Shown here in pieces: positions 59,372-64,000 of a stretch of 64,000 nucleotides of DNA. The stretch comes from Eledone cirrhosa (lineage: Eukaryota): the NCBI GenBank assembly GCA_964016885.1, contig OZ024742.1:86800001-86864000 (forward strand), in the 5' to 3' direction. The notes beneath the pieces are model-generated. The model saw only the letters and a list, made by a program, of their open reading frames with translations, was not told the origin of the DNA and ran no database searches. The translations under genes and the position numbers were made by a program. Positions within the stretch are counted from its first letter, which is position 1; the number at the start of each line of letters is the position of its first letter.

Positions 59372-61880
59372 AGTAAACAATTGAACGGGAACAAAACAGA
59401 GAGGTTGTACGAACAAAGGTCTATTAGTTTCACGCTCTTGAGAGTGGGGTGGTGGTGGGGAACGATGTTTCAGGCATAAGCCCTTATTCAGGTAAAAAGT
59501 GTGTGGGACGAGAGTTCCAAGGGTGTGTGGGGGAGTGGTGGAGAGACATATAGAAAAAAGGGGGTGAGAGGAAACGTTAGAAATGAAATTAAATATAACA
59601 GCATAATAAAAATAAAAATAAACACGAAGTAAAACAGGTGGTGCAAGGGTGTGGGGCGTGTAGGGGTGGTGGCGGGTGGAGTGGGGAGAGGGAGGCGGGG
59701 TGTCTGAGCGGGGAGGGCTGAAGGTGGTGTGTGTGTGTAGATGTACGTGTGTGTATGTGAAAGTAAGAGTTGAGGGGAAGAACGGGGTTGCATGTTCAGG
59801 AAGAGGTGTGTGTGGTGTGGGGTGTAGGTCGGAATGTGTGTGCGTGTGTGGGTGGGGAGGGGTCACAGGGGTGGTGGGAGAGGATTCCGGAGTCTGAGTG
59901 TGTAAATATGTGGTGGTACGCACGTGTTTGTGTGGTGTTTATGCCTGTTGTGGATGTAGGTGGCGTTTGGGAAAAAGAAATGTTTGAGTGTATGTCAGTG
60001 GGTGAGTCCTTAAGTTAGTTCCGTAGAGGATGTGGTGGAATGCTGGGTAATATCCTTGGGATGTGGTGGATTCTAGGGATCGATGTTCAATATGTGTAAT
60101 CCGTGGTTGGTCGGAAGAGGGGAGATGTGGGGTGCGCGCGCAACAGGAAGTGGTCAGAGGGTCAAGGCAGGAGGAGGGTTGTGTGTCTGTGTGTGCGGGG
60201 AGGTGGTCAGAGATAGGGTCATAGCAGCAGTCGGGTAGAATTATAAGTGAAGAAAGTCGGTATGTCAGTGTGTGCGGAGGTGCGTTGGACAGGGGAGAGG
60301 ATGGGTAGGTGCGAAATTTGGAGTGTGGGGGGGGGTGTATTAGTAGAGGTGTTAGTGGGATGTGTGTGTGTTTGAGAAAGGGTGTGGGTGTGCGGGGAGA
60401 GAAGGGTGTGGAGACCGGTGGAGGGAGTGTAGTGTACTGGTGTGTGTGTGCATGTTTGGATGAGTGTGTGTGTGGTGAAGAGTGTGTTAGAGGGTGTTAG
60501 TATACTGTAGGTGGGGAAAGGGTTGAATGCGGGTGTGAGTGGGGGTCAGTGGTGGTAGGTGTGTAGAGTGGGTGGGGTAAGAGGGTCTGTGTTTTCGTGT
60601 GCGTAGGGTTGGGGGGGTGTTAGTTATGTTAGTTGCGTGTGGAGTGGGTGGTGTAAGTGGGTGTGTGTGTTCGTGTGCGTGGGGTCGGGGGGTGTTACTG
60701 ATGTTAGTTGCGGGGTGGTGGGATGGATGTGTGGGGGTGAGGGTTAGTGGTGGTAGTAGGGTGTGTGTTTAGTGTGAGCGCGTGTATATATGTACCGGTG
60801 GGTGTGAGCGTGTGATAAGGGGAGCGGGGGAGAAGAAGGGAGGGATGTTATTATGTTAGTTGCGGAAGGGTGGTCGGGTGTGGGATGGAAATGTTAGTAT
60901 TGTTAGTTGTGGGATGGGCGGTGAAAAGGAGGGGTGTGTTAGTGGTGTTAGTGGGGGATATGTGTCGTGGGAGGGGGACGGTTGAAGGCTAAAGGAATAA
61001 GGGTGGGGAGTTCAGGCCGGCGGGAGTGTGGGTCTGTAGGGTGAAGATGGTTCGTTGTTCGACCCTGAGGAGAGCGGCTGGTGTTCCGTGGCATTGGAGT
61101 AGGCCACAGACTGTGAGGTGGTGTGCGGAATGTCCAGGGGCGCCAAAATGGCGGGCGATGGGGGAACTACCACCGAGACGAATATCTCGGAGGTGTTCAG
61201 TAAACCGGTCCGTGTTCAGTAAACCGTGTTTAGCGAAGTCCGTAGAATAGGTTGGAGGAGGTGCAGCGGAAGGCATGCCGGACAAAGTGAGAGTGGCCGT
61301 TGGGACCCTGGAAGGTGGTGGTGTTGGTGATGCGGGGACAGGTGTTGCAGCGAGGCCTGGAACAGGGAAGGGAACCGGGGGGCGTGGGGGGAGGGAGCTG
61401 TGGACGAGAAGGGTGCGGAGATTGCGTGCGCATTTGAAGGAGGGGAGTGGTGGGGCTGGAAAGATGTGGGAGGTGGAGGGGTCGGACTGGAGGCGTCGGA
61501 AGAGGCGGAGGATGGTGCGGTGGAGGGGTATGATGGAGGGGTGCTAGGTGATGGGGAATGGGAGACGGTGGGTGGGTGTGCGGTGGCGCGGGGTGAGGGT
61601 GGTGGAGGGGTGGAGAGCACGGGCCCGGGTGAGAGCAGTGTGGACGAGAGAGAGGGGGGGGCCTCTGCAGATGAAATGGCTGATTGGGAAAGGGCCTGGG
61701 ACTCAAAGTCAGCATCTCGGCTACAGAGGTGGGGGATCCTGAGGAGTTGGGAGTAGGGAATAGAGTGTTTAGTGTGTGTCGGGTGGGAAGAGGTGAAGTC
61801 GAGGTAGGAGTGGGAAGAGGTGGGTTTGAAGAAGGCGGAGGTGACGAGAGAGTGGTGGGAGGGGTCGAAGGCGACGGAGA
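59372..61880 (-). mobile_element. 5'-truncated Penelope-like element (RT C-terminus, GIY-YIG endonuclease, long CA-rich 3' region)
   Basis: FFKPTSSHSYLDFTSSHPTHTKHSIPYSQLLR, CSRPRCNTCP, FRCTSSNLFY and DRFTEHLRDIR..SPIARHF..EQRTIFTLQTHTPAGLN (60989-61880, frameshifted, YIG motif deleted). A hammerhead-like CUGAAUA-AGGGC UUAU GCCU-GAAA lies at 59457-59497. Confidence 0.88.
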
Positions 61881-61980
61881 TGTATATATATATATATATA
61901 TATAAATAGTGGTAGAACACTGGAAGGTAATATCCGTAGTGGTAGAGCACTCAGTCCGTGGGACAAGTTAGGTAGAAGTG

Positions 61981-62118
61981 GTTACACAACAGTTAGTTCA
62001 CCATACCGAGAAATATTGTTTCACATTAACTGATCCTCAGCACGTAATGCATTACAAGCTGATGATCCGCAAAGGTAATACAATTGTTCTCGGTGTGGTG
62101 AACTAACTGTTGTGTAAC
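61981..62118. repeat. Fold-back element with two back-to-back minimal hammerhead motifs
   Basis: Inverted arms GTTACACAACAGTTAGTTCACCA / TGGTGAACTAACTGTTGTGTAAC. Minus strand has CUGAGGA..GAAA at 62006-62045; plus strand has CUGAUGA..CAAUUG-UU-CUCGG at 62054-62093 with GAAA mutated. Central palindrome is GTAATGCATTAC. Confidence 0.7.
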
Positions 62119-62322
62119 TAATTCTCTCGCTCTATATATATATATAGATGTGAGAAAAACCTCCAACTCAACTCTACTTTTGAAAAGCAGAAGAATTGCG
62201 AAACCGGTAAAGAAACCAAATAAATATATATATATATTTTAAAATAAGACTCCAGTTGCATTTTCGATTTCATCTTTTTGTCTTTATACGTTCACTCAGT
62301 TAGGACACCTCGGTTACTTTCT

Positions 62323-62384
<62 letters not shown>

Positions 62385-62542
62385 AAATGCTCTGATGCCA
62401 TCAACACTATCAACACAGAGCTGGCATATCTAGGAACTGACTAACTGCATGATGAGGTCATAGCCATTGAATGGCTATCATCGAAATATATATGGCAGTG
62501 AATAAAGGATTATGAGTCCATGCAATTGACTTATGTTTCGTC

Positions 62543-62574
<32 letters not shown>

Positions 62575-62579
62575 ACGAA

Positions 62580-62775
62580 GGAAGTTTGCAAGGAACCAGG
62601 TCTATCATAACGCACCAGAGAACTCGATGCTTTGGGTAGTAGAGTGGGTAATAGGAAAAGTTTCAAGATCCCGACGGGAGAGCTCAAACCGTTTCGACAG
62701 CTATTGCTGGACTATTTCTGGATTCCAGAAATACCCGTCAAAAGGGCTTGAGCTCTGCCATCGGGGTCCTGAACC
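62580..62775. repeat. Opposite-orientation, more diverged copy of the 38104 hairpin family
   Basis: Reverse-complement homology to 38104-38290; hairpin at 62662-62773. Confidence 0.8.
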
Positions 62776-63598
62776 TATATATATATATACACTAAGTTCC
62801 TTCCAGTGTTGTCTTTTTAAAGAGCACTTTCAAAAGGTTCACACGAGTGTATAGCAGGTCTATTTTCATATGTAAATAACTTCTACAGTACGTGAACGTT
62901 TTTATTCGTAGATCTTTCGGATATCTCTGATGATTTCGAACGTATGATACCTTCTTATTCCTTTATAGGTGATTTTTATATGTACTAAAGTTATGCGAGT
63001 ATGTGTGTGTCGAGAATCATATATTAATATATGCTTTAAAATATGGGCTACCGTTTTTTATTAGGTGTTTATTTTTACTATCCAATTTTTTTTTTTCATT
63101 TAGAAATTTTTATACACAAATATCGTGTAAAATATCACAAACAATAACAACATGCCTCTTGGCAAACTGTAAATTTTAGTTTCCATAATTTAGGGGCGTA
63201 ATTGTTATCAATTCATATAAGATATCCTGTAGGAATTTAAACTAAAAAATAAAATGATTTCCTCCATAAATAATGTGTGAAATGATTTCAATTCTAAAGT
63301 GTTTACTATAATGAAGGGAAGGAAAATCAATACTACACCGTGAAACTATTATTAAAGTATTTAATAATAGAAAGCTCAATGCCGTATCCACAGGCTCTGT
63401 ATCATTGGTGCCTTAAATATAAAACTTACATTCAATTATTTCCGCATATACATTTTTTTTATCTATCTTATTAAGCTGCGTACTCTTCGCAACTAAAATA
63501 TATGTATGTATGAAATATCACACATACTTCACTAGATATAGACACAAGTGCATGTCGACACAAATACACAAGTCTTTCTTTGTGTCCTTCTGTGTGGT

Positions 63599-63642
<44 letters not shown>

Positions 63643-63644
<2 letters not shown>

Positions 63645-63760
63645 AGCGGATTTACCCGACGTTGCCCGGGGTTTGAAATTATGCTAAGAATATACAGCTA
63701 GGAAGTAAAAGAAGAAAATTATTTGTCCCCAACCTGTCAAATTAAGCAGAAATCTTCAAT
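63643..63760 (-). mobile_element. Helitron-like 3' end fragment
   Basis: Minus strand has a CCCGGGC-AAC-GTCGGG hairpin followed by CTTG|T, similar to 36222-36250. Confidence 0.5.
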
Positions 63761-63766
63761 AAATAA

Positions 63767-63978
63767 TTGTCTCTACTTTTGGCACAAGACCAGCAATTAC
63801 CCAGTGCATTACTGGTACTTTAAATAATAGTTTCTACTTTAGGCACAAGCCCAGCAATTAGCTAGTGCATTACTGGTACTTTATTTTATCGACCCCGTAA
63901 AGATGAAAGGCAAAGTCAACCTGCGTGGGATTTGAACTCAGATCGTAAAGGGACGTAGCTATGCTGGAAAGCATGGCG
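63767..63978 (-). mobile_element. SINE family A: 3'-end-only copy plus 5'-truncated copy
   Basis: Homology to family A. Confidence 0.85.
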
Positions 63979-64000
63979 ACTATGTTGATAATGAAGGAAA

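Noticed and set aside
59500-60980. Pro/His/Thr-rich and Gly/Val-rich ORFs
   Set aside because: GT-rich low-complexity 3' region of the Penelope-like element.

Overview
AT-rich, microsatellite-saturated eukaryotic DNA with very long (TA)n, (CA)n and (GA)n tracts. By repeat style it is probably a cephalopod/octopus intron or intergenic region; this is inference. No intact multi-exon host gene is evident. There is one good signal-peptide first-exon candidate (6456-6522) and a few weak exon candidates. Nearly all ORF-track entries are microsatellite artefacts. The non-microsatellite DNA is mostly mobile elements: two R4/Dong-type RLE LINEs sitting in (TAA)n, an RTE LINE with a 5' inversion, a CRE-type LINE, an L1/Tx1 LINE, several Penelope-like (GIY-YIG) remnants, a non-autonomous Helitron, two tRNA-derived SINE families and about a dozen fold-back (inverted-repeat) insertions. 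The most striking signal is RNA-based: two related, non-coding tandem arrays (about 525-bp unit at 26.9-27.9 kb; about 554-bp unit at 56.8-58.6 kb). Each complete unit carries a minus-strand type I hammerhead ribozyme with an unusually long, covarying stem II and a palindromic stem III. Both arrays share the same 3' end at a (TA)n target, and the larger array begins 5 nt from the predicted self-cleavage site. This fits a retrozyme-like / Penelope-mobilised circular-RNA element family. Further minimal or decayed hammerheads lie in the fold-back elements.
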